Assembly (NCBI GenBank): GCA_963730185.1
Contig: CAVSQW010000009.1
Span: forward strand, 320,001-384,000
Length of the DNA stretch: 64,000 nt
Direction: 5' to 3'
Source of the DNA: an uncultured Gemmatimonadales bacterium
GTDB lineage: Bacteria; Gemmatimonadota; Gemmatimonadetes; Gemmatimonadales; GWC2-71-9
Below, piece after piece: positions 38,037 to 46,913 of the stretch (position 1 is its first letter; every line of letters begins with the position of its first letter). Position numbers and translations under genes: made by a program. Under the pieces are notes generated by a model. It had not been told where the DNA came from, did not search any database, and was given only the letters and a program-made list of their open reading frames with translations.

Positions 38037-39422
38037 ATGTCCGTCGCGCCGTCGTTGGGGATTCCCGAGCTGGCCGGCCTGGGCACCTATCAGGAGGCTG
38101 CCCGGGTCGGCTTTTCAGTCGACGAGAACGTCACCCGGCTGCTGCGCTACCAGTGGGCCGAGCGGCGACTCATGGCGATCATGGCGGCGCACCTGCCCGC
38201 CACGCCGATCTGGGAGGTGAAGGGGGCCCTGGGCCTCCACCTCTGGCAGGCGGCCGAGCACGTGGAGGCGCTCCGGCAGCGGGTGGGCGAGATGCGGCAT
38301 CCGGTCCCGTCGCTGGACACCCCGCCGGATCCCGATCTCGACCGCTTCTTCGAGGAGCTGATTCGGAGCCGCGACGTGGTGGAGCTGGTGGCCGGGATCT
38401 ACCGGGTTACCCTTCCCGCGCTGATCGCCGCCTACCGTCATCATCTGGCCACGACCAACGTCCTGGTGGACCACCCGACCCGGCGCCCGCTCCGGTTCGC
38501 CCTGCTGGAGCTCGAGGAGGCGGCCCGGTGGGGCGATCAGGCCCTGGCGGCCCTCTTGGCTCGCGACCCCTCCGCCGCGGCCGCCGCCGATTGTTGGGCC
38601 GACCACCTCGGCGCCTACCTGGCGGCCGCCCAAGGCATCGCGGGCGACGCGGAGGTCGTCCCGCCCACCTCCCTGCCACCCGCTCGAAGTGTCGAGCCGT
38701 TCCAGGCCGACCTGGAGCCGCGCCGGGACGGGCGCTTCCGAGGTACCTACAACTTCGTCTTTCCGCCCCAGGACCTCTATCCCGAGAAGGGCCTGCCCGC
38801 CGACGAGCGGAACCTCGCCCTGCTGGCCAAGCGCACCCTCGAGATGGACGTGCCCGAGCTGATGGCGTCGGTCATGGTGGAGCGGACCGACCTGCCCTGG
38901 GAATTCCACCGCGAGTACGCCCGCCAGCTCTGGGACGAGGTCCGGCACGCGATGATGGGCTCGGTCGCGTTCGAGGCCAAGGGCGTCGACTGGACCGAGA
39001 TCCCGCTCAACGTGGGCTTCTCGCTCCGGCTCAACCTCCACGCCACCGCCCTCGAGCGCCAGACGATGCTGTTCGGGATCGAGCAATCGCTCATGCCCGC
39101 CGAGACAGGCAAGCGCTACGAGTACGAGATCGCGCTGGACGCGGGCGACCCGCTCTCCGCTCACTTCCAGGACTACGACTGGGCCGACGAGGTGCTGCAT
39201 GCCCAGATCGGCCGGCGGTGGCTCAAGCGCGAAGGGATCGGTACCGACGAGGCGATCCGCCGGGCCGCCGGGATCCACGAGCGGACCTGGAGCGCGCTCG
39301 ACGCCTATCGCGACCGGGCGTCGCAGGTCGACTGGTGGGACGCCTTCGTGCGCCGGGTGCTGGGGCACGGCTCGGCGTATCGGCCGGTGGGCACGGCCGC
39401 GCCGCGCGTCCTGTCGGAGTAG
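38037..39422 (+). CDS. ferritin-like (DUF455-related) protein with a putative di-iron site
   Basis: Helical protein with E...WDEVRH and E...ADEVLH pairs in the C-half and a degenerate QAAEH in the N-half; GAGGAGG SD. Confidence 0.7.
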   Translation: MSVAPSLGIPELAGLGTYQEAARVGFSVDENVTRLLRYQWAERRLMAIMAAHLPATPIWEVKGALGLHLWQAAEHVEALRQRVGEMRHPVPSLDTPPDPDLDRFFEELIRSRDVVELVAGIYRVTLPALIAAYRHHLATTNVLVDHPTRRPLRFALLELEEAARWGDQALAALLARDPSAAAAADCWADHLGAYLAAAQGIAGDAEVVPPTSLPPARSVEPFQADLEPRRDGRFRGTYNFVFPPQDLYPEKGLPADERNLALLAKRTLEMDVPELMASVMVERTDLPWEFHREYARQLWDEVRHAMMGSVAFEAKGVDWTEIPLNVGFSLRLNLHATALERQTMLFGIEQSLMPAETGKRYEYEIALDAGDPLSAHFQDYDWADEVLHAQIGRRWLKREGIGTDEAIRRAAGIHERTWSALDAYRDRASQVDWWDAFVRRVLGHGSAYRPVGTAAPRVLSE

Positions 39423-39431
39423 GGCGGGGTC

Positions 39432-41774
39432 ATGGCGCCGGCCGTCTTCCACCTGATCCCGCACACCCACTGGGATCGGGAATGGTATCTCGCTCGATCG
39501 GCCTTTGCCGTTCGCCTGGCTTGGATGTTCGACGAGCTCCTGCCGATGCTGGAGGCGCACCCGGCCCTCCGCTTCACGCTCGACGGTCAGACCGTGCTGG
39601 TCGAAGACTATCTGGCCCAGCGTCCGGCGGCGCGCGACCGGATCGTCCGGCTGGTGGCGGCCGGGCGGCTGGCCGTCGGACCCTGGTACGTCCTGGCCGA
39701 CGAGATCATCCCGTCGCCGCCCGCGCTCCACCGGAATCTGGCCGTCGGCCTGGCGGACGCGACCGCGCTCGGCGGGGTGATGCGGGTGCTGTACTCACCG
39801 GACGCCTTCGGCCATCCGGGATGGCTCCCCGGGCTGGCGCTCGACGCCGGCCTCCGCTGGGGCGTCGTCTGGCGGGGGCTCGCCGGAGATCCCGCCGGAG
39901 GGCCCGACCTCCGCCGCTGGAGCGGGACCGACGGTCGCTCGATCCTGGTTCATCACCTGCCGCCAGCGGGTTATGAGGTCGGAGCTCACCTGCCCGGCGC
40001 CGGGCCCCGGCTCGCGGAGGCGTGGGCCCCCCTTCGGGACGAGCTGCTGTCCCGATCGCTCACTCGGCACGTCGCCCTCCCCGTCGGCTCCGATCACCAC
40101 ACCCCGCACCCGGAGCTCCCGCGACTGGCCGAGCGCCTGCAGGGGCTCGAACCAGGCCACCAGATCCGGTTCAGTCGCTGGGAAGACTATTTCGAGGGGG
40201 TCGAATCGGAGGGGCCGGTTCCGCCGGTCGTCCGGGGCGAGCTGCGTTGGTCGTACCGCTACACCTGGTCGCTCCAGGGCGTGCACGGCAGTCGGGCCCG
40301 ACTGAAGCGTCGGTACGGGGAGGCGGAACGCTGGCTGGCGGCGGCCGAGACATTGACCGGAGTGGAGGAGCGGTCGGGCGGCCGACTGGACCGGCAGCTG
40401 CTCGAGCCGCTCTCGCGGACCCTGGTTCGGAGTCAGTTCCACGACACCCTGGCGGGGACGGTGAACGACGAGGTGGGTCGGGAGCAGGCCGTCCGGCTCG
40501 ACGCCGTGGTGACCGGGTGCCGGGAGGTGGTTCGCGAGCGGCTGCTCGAGCTGGCCGGGCTGGCGGCCGACGAGCGGCGCGCCGGTGGGACGGCGGCCTC
40601 GGTGATCCTCTGGGCGGCTCGGCTCGATGCCTGGATGCCGGACGACGGGCCCGCCGCTTCAGCGCCAGGGGTCGTCGCCGTGCCGATCGATCGGTTCATC
40701 GAAGACGTGCTGGTCGGCCCGCCCGGTGCCCGCCGCCCGCGGCAGGCGTCTTTGGAGCCGGTCTTTTCGCTCCGAGCGCCAGACGGCGCGCCGGTGCCGT
40801 ACCAGCTGCTCCGGCGAGAGATCGGGCTTCATCGGGGCGACCGGCGCTACGGCTATCCCGATCTCGACCGGGTCGAGCGTGCCTGGGTGGCGCTCGAGCT
40901 GGCCCCGAGCGCCGTCGACCGGCCGCTGGTGCTTCGGGTGGCCGGCGGCCGACCCCAGCCACCCCGGTGCGGGGATCCGGTCCGGGTCGTCCGGCGCTCG
41001 CTGGAGAACGGTGCGGTCCGGGTTACCGTCGCGGCCGACGGATCGGTAACCCTGTTCGATCGCGCGACCGGCGAGCGGTATCCCGGCCTCCTTACCTGCG
41101 GGTGCGAGCCGGACGACGGCGACCTCTATACGCCCTGGATCGGACCGGCGGCCCGATCGGCCCGGGCCGACGTCCTCGGTGCCGAGCGGATCGCGGCGGG
41201 GCCGCTGATCGGCGGGTTCGCGATCCATTGGCGGATCGAGGCTCGCCAGGGAGAAGTCCTGGGCCGCACGGCGGTCGCGCTCCACGCCGGCAGCGGCCTG
41301 CTCCGCTGCCGGATCGACGTCGACAATCGCGCTTGGCAGCACCGGCTCCGGCTGGCCTTGCCGGTCGGCGTCGCCGGTCCGGCCCGGGCCTACGACGGCA
41401 CCGGGTGGGTGGAGCGGGAGCCTCTACGGTCGGCGGCGGCCGATTTTCCGGCGGAGTGGCCGGCGCCGACGGCGCCGACGCACGGGGTGGTGTCGGTGGG
41501 GCAGGGACGCCGGAGGCTCACCGTGACGAGTCCCGGGTTCTTCGAGTACGAGTGGACCTCGGGCGGGGTGCTGATGGTGACCCTGCTCCGCGCGGTCGGG
41601 ACCCTCTCGCGCGGCGACCTGGCCCCCCGCCCGGGTCACGCCGGGTGGGTCACGCCGACGCCGGAGGCGCAGGAGGCCGGGCCCCATACCATCGAGCTGA
41701 TGGTCGGGGTGGGGCCGGAGTTGGAACCCCCACCCCCGACGGTCTTCTCGATCCCCGTCCTCGGAGCGCCCTGA
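39432..41774 (+). CDS. glycoside hydrolase family 38 (alpha-mannosidase-like)
   Basis: HTHWDREWY, FTLDGQT, GPWYVLADE, SPDAFGH, QFHDTLAG, VTLLRAVG. Confidence 0.88.
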   Translation: MAPAVFHLIPHTHWDREWYLARSAFAVRLAWMFDELLPMLEAHPALRFTLDGQTVLVEDYLAQRPAARDRIVRLVAAGRLAVGPWYVLADEIIPSPPALHRNLAVGLADATALGGVMRVLYSPDAFGHPGWLPGLALDAGLRWGVVWRGLAGDPAGGPDLRRWSGTDGRSILVHHLPPAGYEVGAHLPGAGPRLAEAWAPLRDELLSRSLTRHVALPVGSDHHTPHPELPRLAERLQGLEPGHQIRFSRWEDYFEGVESEGPVPPVVRGELRWSYRYTWSLQGVHGSRARLKRRYGEAERWLAAAETLTGVEERSGGRLDRQLLEPLSRTLVRSQFHDTLAGTVNDEVGREQAVRLDAVVTGCREVVRERLLELAGLAADERRAGGTAASVILWAARLDAWMPDDGPAASAPGVVAVPIDRFIEDVLVGPPGARRPRQASLEPVFSLRAPDGAPVPYQLLRREIGLHRGDRRYGYPDLDRVERAWVALELAPSAVDRPLVLRVAGGRPQPPRCGDPVRVVRRSLENGAVRVTVAADGSVTLFDRATGERYPGLLTCGCEPDDGDLYTPWIGPAARSARADVLGAERIAAGPLIGGFAIHWRIEARQGEVLGRTAVALHAGSGLLRCRIDVDNRAWQHRLRLALPVGVAGPARAYDGTGWVEREPLRSAAADFPAEWPAPTAPTHGVVSVGQGRRRLTVTSPGFFEYEWTSGGVLMVTLLRAVGTLSRGDLAPRPGHAGWVTPTPEAQEAGPHTIELMVGVGPELEPPPPTVFSIPVLGAP

Positions 41775-41783
41775 CCCGGTCGC

Positions 41784-42965
41784 TCAGCCGAGGGCCTGCT
41801 CCAGGTCCTGGAGCAGGTCCTCGGTGGCCTCGATCCCCACCGAGTAACGCAGCAGGCCTTCCGGAATACCCATCGCCGCCCGCTGCTCGGGTGTGCACTC
41901 GCAGTGGCTGGTCGTGGCGGGCGGACCGATGAAGGTCTGGACCCCGCCGAGGCTCGGGGCGCAGTGGGCCAGCTTGAGCCGCGGGAGGATCCGGCGCACC
42001 GCATCGAGGTCGTCCTCGAGCGCGAAGCTCAGCACCCCGCCGAAGCCCCGCATCTGCCGGGTCGCGATCTCGTGACCGGGGTGGGACGGAAGGCCGGGAT
42101 AGTACACTGCGGTCACCCGGGGATGGCGGGACAGGAAGTTGGCGATCGTGAGGGCGCTCGCGTTCTGCCGCTCCACCCGCAAGGCCAGCGTCTTGAGCCC
42201 CCGGATGAGGAGGTAGGCCGCGCCGGCGGAGAGCGCGGCCCCGGTCACCTCGCGATAGCGGAAGACCCGCTCCACCAGCGCCGGTGTGCCGCACAGCACG
42301 CCGCCCAGGGCGTCCTCATGGCCGCCGAGGAACTTGGTGGCGCTGTGCACGACGAGGTCGGCGCCCAGCTCCAGGGGACTGGTGTTGATCGGGGTCGCGA
42401 ACGTGTTGTCGACCACCACCACCGCGCCGACCGCGTGGCCCGCGCGGGCCAGCCGCTCGATGTCGACCACCTTGAGAGTGGGGTTGGTCGGCGTCTCCAG
42501 GTAGAGCACCTGGCAACCCTTGGCGATCTCCGCCTCGAGCCGCTCGTGGTCGATCGTGTCCGTGAGCGCGACGTCGACCTTCTGGCGAGGCAGGAACTCC
42601 GAGAACATCCGGTTGGTTCCGCCGTAGGTGTCCTTGATCGACACGACCCGGTCGCCGGGAGCGAGCAGGCTGAGCAAGGTGTTGCTGACCGCGGCCATAC
42701 CGGTGGCGAAGGCCGTCGCCGCGCCGGCCCGTTCCAGGATCCGCATCTTCTCTTCGAAGACGGCCACCGTCGGGTTGGTGTTCCTGCTGTAGTTGTGGCC
42801 CGGCTTCTCCCCTCGCACCACCGCCAGCCACTCGTCCAGGTCCGGATAGCCGAACGACGCGCTGTGGGTGACCGGGACCTGGGTGGCATTGCCCCAGAGC
42901 TCGCGGCGAGATTCGCCGGCCCAGACCGCCTGGGTTGCCAGCGCGGCCGATTCGACGTCCGTCAT
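41784..42965 (-). CDS. Cys/Met metabolism PLP enzyme (cystathionine gamma-synthase/lyase family)
   Basis: YSRNTNPT, ETPTNPTL, VDNTFATP, HSATKFLGGH, SLGG, RYSVGIE. Confidence 0.92.
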   Translation of the reverse strand: MTDVESAALATQAVWAGESRRELWGNATQVPVTHSASFGYPDLDEWLAVVRGEKPGHNYSRNTNPTVAVFEEKMRILERAGAATAFATGMAAVSNTLLSLLAPGDRVVSIKDTYGGTNRMFSEFLPRQKVDVALTDTIDHERLEAEIAKGCQVLYLETPTNPTLKVVDIERLARAGHAVGAVVVVDNTFATPINTSPLELGADLVVHSATKFLGGHEDALGGVLCGTPALVERVFRYREVTGAALSAGAAYLLIRGLKTLALRVERQNASALTIANFLSRHPRVTAVYYPGLPSHPGHEIATRQMRGFGGVLSFALEDDLDAVRRILPRLKLAHCAPSLGGVQTFIGPPATTSHCECTPEQRAAMGIPEGLLRYSVGIEATEDLLQDLEQALG

Positions 42966-43021
42966 GTTGCCACCATCCCCGATGTGAGTGCCGGATCGGG
43001 GAATGATAGCGGGCGATCGGC

Positions 43022-45424
43022 CTACTCGCTTCGGATCACCTCCAACGGGTCGGTTTCGGCGGCCCGTCGCGCCGGTCCATAGCAGGCGGCCAGGGCGACC
43101 GCTCCGAGAAAGGTCGCCCCGGTCGCGAAGGTGGCGGGATCGGTCGTACCGACCCCGAACACCAGAGCCCGGAGCGTCCGACTCAGCAGGAGCCCACCGG
43201 CCACCCCGAGCCCGATCCCTAGACCGGCGAGCGCCCCGCCTTCACCCACCACGGCGCCCAGCACCCGCGCTCGCCCGGCCCCGAGCGCCACCCGAATCCC
43301 GAGCTCCCGACGACGCTGACGGACCCGATAGAGCATCGAGGCGTAGATGCCGCCGGCGGCAAGGGCCAGCGCCACCGCCGCGAAGACCATCAGGAGCACG
43401 GTGTAGAAGCGCGGTGTCGCCGTGCTGGTCACGATCCGGTCGGTGAGCGGAAAGACGTCGCCCACGGGCAGATCTGGCTCCAGGTCCCAGACGCTCTGGC
43501 GGAGCCCCGGAAGGATCGCCGCCGGCCGCCCGGCGGTGCGGACGATCAGCGACAGGAACGGCATCCGAGCGCCCTGGCTCGCGTAGGGGACGTAGATCGC
43601 CGACTCGTCCCGGCTGTCGAGGCCGAAGTGATGGAGCCCGGACACGATGCCGACGATCTGGTACTCCGTGTTGCGACTCGAGAAGGTCCGCCCGAGAGCG
43701 GGTACCCCGGCGAAGGTCTCGCGCGCGAACCCGGCCGACACGACCGCCGGCACGGGCTGGATGGTGGCGTCGGCGGCGGTGAGGTCGCGGCCCTCGAGCC
43801 GGGCCCCAATGGTGCCGAAGTAGTTCCCGGCGACCGGGTGGAGGTAGGCCAGGACTTTCTTCTCTTCACCGCCGTCGGTCCGCCAGCGATCGCTGGCCCA
43901 GCAGCATCGGCTGCCGCCGTAGAACTGGAGCGGATACCCGACGGCGATGGTCGCCGACTCGACCCCGGGCGTTCCCCGCGCCCGCTCGAGGAGTTTGGCG
44001 GCGAATGCCGCCCGGGCCGCGGGGTCGTATCGCGATTCGCCCAGGGTCAGGGGTACCACGCCGAGGCGATCCGGCTGGAATCCTGGGTCGACCGATCGGA
44101 GCCGGACGAAGCTGTTGAAGAGCAGTCCGGCTCCCGCCAGCAGCACCATGGCGATGGCGACCTCGGCCACCACCAAGGCTCGGCGAAGCCTGCCCCGCTC
44201 GCGCCCGCCGGTCCCGCCGCCGGACCCGTCCTTCAGAACCTCGCCGACGTCCACTCGGGCTGCCTGCCACGCGGGCGCCATCCCGAAGAGGATGCCCGCG
44301 GCGACCGACACGGCCAGCGCAAAGACCAGGACGCGGGGGTTCACGGCGACTCGCTCGATCATCGGGACGTCGCCCGGGTTGAGGGCCCGGAAGGCGCCGA
44401 CGCCGAGGAACGCGAGACCGACGCCGAGAACGCCGCCGGCCAGGGCGATCAGAGTGCTCTCGGTCAGCACCGATCCGAGCAGCGCCCTGCCGTCGGCACC
44501 CAGAGCACTCCGGACCGCCATCTCGCGGACCCGCTCGGTCCCGCGGGCCAGGAAGAGGTTGGCGACGTTCGCCACGGCGATCAGGAGCAAGAGCCCCACG
44601 GCGCCGAGCAGCATGTACAGGGTTCCGTCGACCTCGCTCACCATGGCCTGGTGGATGGGCTCGATTGCCATGGCCACCGGCCGACCGTTCTCCTCCCGGT
44701 ACTGGTCCGGCCGTTCCCGGGCCAGCGACGCGGCCAACACCGTGAGCTCGGCGTTCGCTTCGGGTCGGGAAACGCCGCCCCGAAGCCGGGCCGCCACCCG
44801 GAGAATGTGCCAGTCGGCGCCCTGGAACTCCGGGGTCGCGAGGTCGAAGGGCAGCAGAACCTCGGTGTCCCGTCGCATCATGGCTTCCGGCAGCTCGAAG
44901 CTCCGGTCCAGGATCCCTACCACGACGGTCGGCTGGCCGTTCAGGGTGATGGCCCGTCCGATCACGGTCGGGTCGCCGCCGAACCGGCGCTGCCAGAGGC
45001 CCCAGGTCAACACGGCCGCTTGCGGTGGGCCAACGAACTCGCCCGGCACGAACAGCCGCCCGAGTGCCGCCCGGGCGCCGAAGAGAGAGAAGAAGGCGGA
45101 GTCCACGAGCGCACCGCGCAATTGGGTCGGAGCGCCCGACCCCGTCAGGTCGAGGTCTCGCCGGCCGAACACCGCCGACATCGCCGCGTACGACGTGGTC
45201 CGGCTCTGCCACGCCCGGAAGGTCGGAATCGAATGCGAAGGGTTAGTGAAGACCACCAGGCGGTCGGCGTTTGGATACGCCAAAGGCCGGAAGACCACGC
45301 CGTCGACGACCGAGAAGATCGTGGTCGTGGCGCCGATTCCAAGGGCGATGAGAAGGAGCGCCGTGAGGGCGAAGCCAGGTCGCCGGGCGTGGCTCCGGAG
45401 GGCGAGGCGGACGTTCTCGAGCAT
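43022..45424 (-). CDS. duplicated MacB/FtsX-type ABC permease (ADOP-like orphan permease)
   Basis: ALGIGATTTIFSVV, LLIAVANVANLFLAR, REMAVRSALGA, RELGIRVALGA, PARRAA..DP; start ATG at 45424. Confidence 0.9.
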   Translation of the reverse strand: MLENVRLALRSHARRPGFALTALLLIALGIGATTTIFSVVDGVVFRPLAYPNADRLVVFTNPSHSIPTFRAWQSRTTSYAAMSAVFGRRDLDLTGSGAPTQLRGALVDSAFFSLFGARAALGRLFVPGEFVGPPQAAVLTWGLWQRRFGGDPTVIGRAITLNGQPTVVVGILDRSFELPEAMMRRDTEVLLPFDLATPEFQGADWHILRVAARLRGGVSRPEANAELTVLAASLARERPDQYREENGRPVAMAIEPIHQAMVSEVDGTLYMLLGAVGLLLLIAVANVANLFLARGTERVREMAVRSALGADGRALLGSVLTESTLIALAGGVLGVGLAFLGVGAFRALNPGDVPMIERVAVNPRVLVFALAVSVAAGILFGMAPAWQAARVDVGEVLKDGSGGGTGGRERGRLRRALVVAEVAIAMVLLAGAGLLFNSFVRLRSVDPGFQPDRLGVVPLTLGESRYDPAARAAFAAKLLERARGTPGVESATIAVGYPLQFYGGSRCCWASDRWRTDGGEEKKVLAYLHPVAGNYFGTIGARLEGRDLTAADATIQPVPAVVSAGFARETFAGVPALGRTFSSRNTEYQIVGIVSGLHHFGLDSRDESAIYVPYASQGARMPFLSLIVRTAGRPAAILPGLRQSVWDLEPDLPVGDVFPLTDRIVTSTATPRFYTVLLMVFAAVALALAAGGIYASMLYRVRQRRRELGIRVALGAGRARVLGAVVGEGGALAGLGIGLGVAGGLLLSRTLRALVFGVGTTDPATFATGATFLGAVALAACYGPARRAAETDPLEVIRSE

Positions 45425-45516
45425 GAGGCGGGTCCGGGAGTGGATGTCGTCGGTTGGACAGTGGGCGGGCGGCTTCGGTTGCCTCGCCGGAACCAGCTCG
45501 AGGAGGGCGATGGGGT

Positions 45517-45563
45517 TTACAAGGTCGGTCGGTCCTTGTAAGTTACAATACAATAACGACTTA
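45517..45563. promoter_or_regulatory. operator-like palindrome in the divergent permease/rhodanese intergenic region
   Basis: TTACAAGG-N9-CCTTGTAA (45517-45541) overlapping an AT-rich TAAGT...ACTTA segment. Confidence 0.45.
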
Positions 45564-45647
45564 GCTCGCGTTCGCCCAAGCCGCTCCCGTGGGAGTGGTG
45601 GCCGGTTCGAGAGCCGTCGTGCCTCTCTGACCCTAAGGAGGACATCG

Positions 45648-45998
45648 ATGCGGACGATGCATGCGAAGGACCTCAGGCAGATGATTGACCAGAAGCAGGA
45701 TCTCTTGCTGATCAACGTCCTCAAGAAGGAGGATTTCGACGCGAGGCACATTCCGGGCTCCCGGAACGTCCCGAACGAAAGCCCGAAGTTCGTGGATCAG
45801 GTGAGCTCGATGGCGGGCTCGAAGACGCGCCCGATCGTCGTCTACTGCGCCAGTGCGTCGTGCCAGGCGTCGCCGACCGCGGCGAAGAAGCTGGAGCAGG
45901 CGGGATTCACCAACGTCACGGACTTCGAGGGTGGCGTGGCGGAGTGGAAGGAAGCCGGCTTCACGCTGGAAAGTCGGACGCCCGCCGGGAAACACTAG
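45648..45998 (+). CDS. single-domain rhodanese-like protein
   Basis: TAAGGAGG SD; INVL...HIPGS, IVVYCASASC, AAKKL..AGF, FEGG..EW. Confidence 0.9.
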   Translation: MRTMHAKDLRQMIDQKQDLLLINVLKKEDFDARHIPGSRNVPNESPKFVDQVSSMAGSKTRPIVVYCASASCQASPTAAKKLEQAGFTNVTDFEGGVAEWKEAGFTLESRTPAGKH

Positions 45999-46006
45999 CG
46001 GGGCGG

Positions 46007-46032
46007 CGGGCGGGGACCTCGGTCCCCGCCCG
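46007..46032. terminator. GC-rich hairpin between convergent genes
   Basis: CGGGCGGGGAC-CTCG-GTCCCCGCCCG; no U-tract. Confidence 0.45.
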
Positions 46033-46043
46033 GGCTTCCGCGG

Positions 46044-46913
46044 TCAGGCCGGCGCGACTCTGACCGGGACCTTCCGAAGATCGAGGAACTTGGCGATCGG
46101 GCCGACGATGGCGAGGGCGAGGATCGGCGGCGACGCGTAGAGCGGCGTGAGCCAGGGGACCTGGTAATCGCCGGCGACCCGGATCAGCGCCTCGACCACC
46201 GCCACGATGGCCACCACGATCATCTGACCCTTGCGGCTCCGGACCACGGTCCGCGGGTCGGTGACCATGAAGAACACGAAGAGCTGGTACATCGGCCCGG
46301 TGAGGGGCGCGATCTCGGGCACCAGCGGTGACCCGAGCAGCGCGCTCCGGAGCGCGGCCAGGCCCAGGAAGCAGGCCACGTAGGTGAGGGTGATGTGCAC
46401 CACCCTGGCCCGGGTGGCGATCAGGAGGCCGAAGATCCAGATCACGGCGTTGGTGGCGAGCTCGTTGCCCCACTGATGGCTCAGGATCGCCACGCTTTCC
46501 GGCGCCAGCAGGAGCAGCAGGCTAATCGCCAGGTTGGTGGGGTTCCAGAGGTGGTTCCCGCGATACTGGAGGACGTACTTCGACGAGATCGCGAGGAAGC
46601 CGCCGAGGGCAAAGGGCCAGAGCAGATCGCCCGCGGGCTTGGTGAGGAGGGCCAGCGAGATCCCGCTGACGTAGGCGCTCTGGAGACTGGCGACCTTGCC
46701 GCGGACCCACCACGAGAGCGCCAGCTCGGTCGCGATGCACACACCCAGCGTGGCGGCGAGCCGTTGGTAACCGCCCAGGATCGAGTAGCGCGCCTGCCCG
46801 ACCACCAGCACCAGGGTGATCAGGAAGACGATGAGATTGCGGGGGTCGCTCCAGGCCCGGGAGCCGAAGAATCGACCTTTCCCCGGGGCGGTGCCCGCCA
46901 CCGTGCCGGTCAC
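46044..46913 (-). CDS. UnbU-like / RnfD-NqrB-related membrane protein
   Basis: Polytopic; AISSKYVL...HLWNPTN and FFMVTDPRT motifs; start overlaps the stop of the upstream UnbV gene. Confidence 0.78.
   Translation of the reverse strand: MTGTVAGTAPGKGRFFGSRAWSDPRNLIVFLITLVLVVGQARYSILGGYQRLAATLGVCIATELALSWWVRGKVASLQSAYVSGISLALLTKPAGDLLWPFALGGFLAISSKYVLQYRGNHLWNPTNLAISLLLLLAPESVAILSHQWGNELATNAVIWIFGLLIATRARVVHITLTYVACFLGLAALRSALLGSPLVPEIAPLTGPMYQLFVFFMVTDPRTVVRSRKGQMIVVAIVAVVEALIRVAGDYQVPWLTPLYASPPILALAIVGPIAKFLDLRKVPVRVAPA

Noticed and set aside
46044..46913. Functional Rnf/Nqr respiratory complex subunit
   Set aside because: No other rnf/nqr subunits are nearby, no flavinylation motif is visible, and the context is UnbV.
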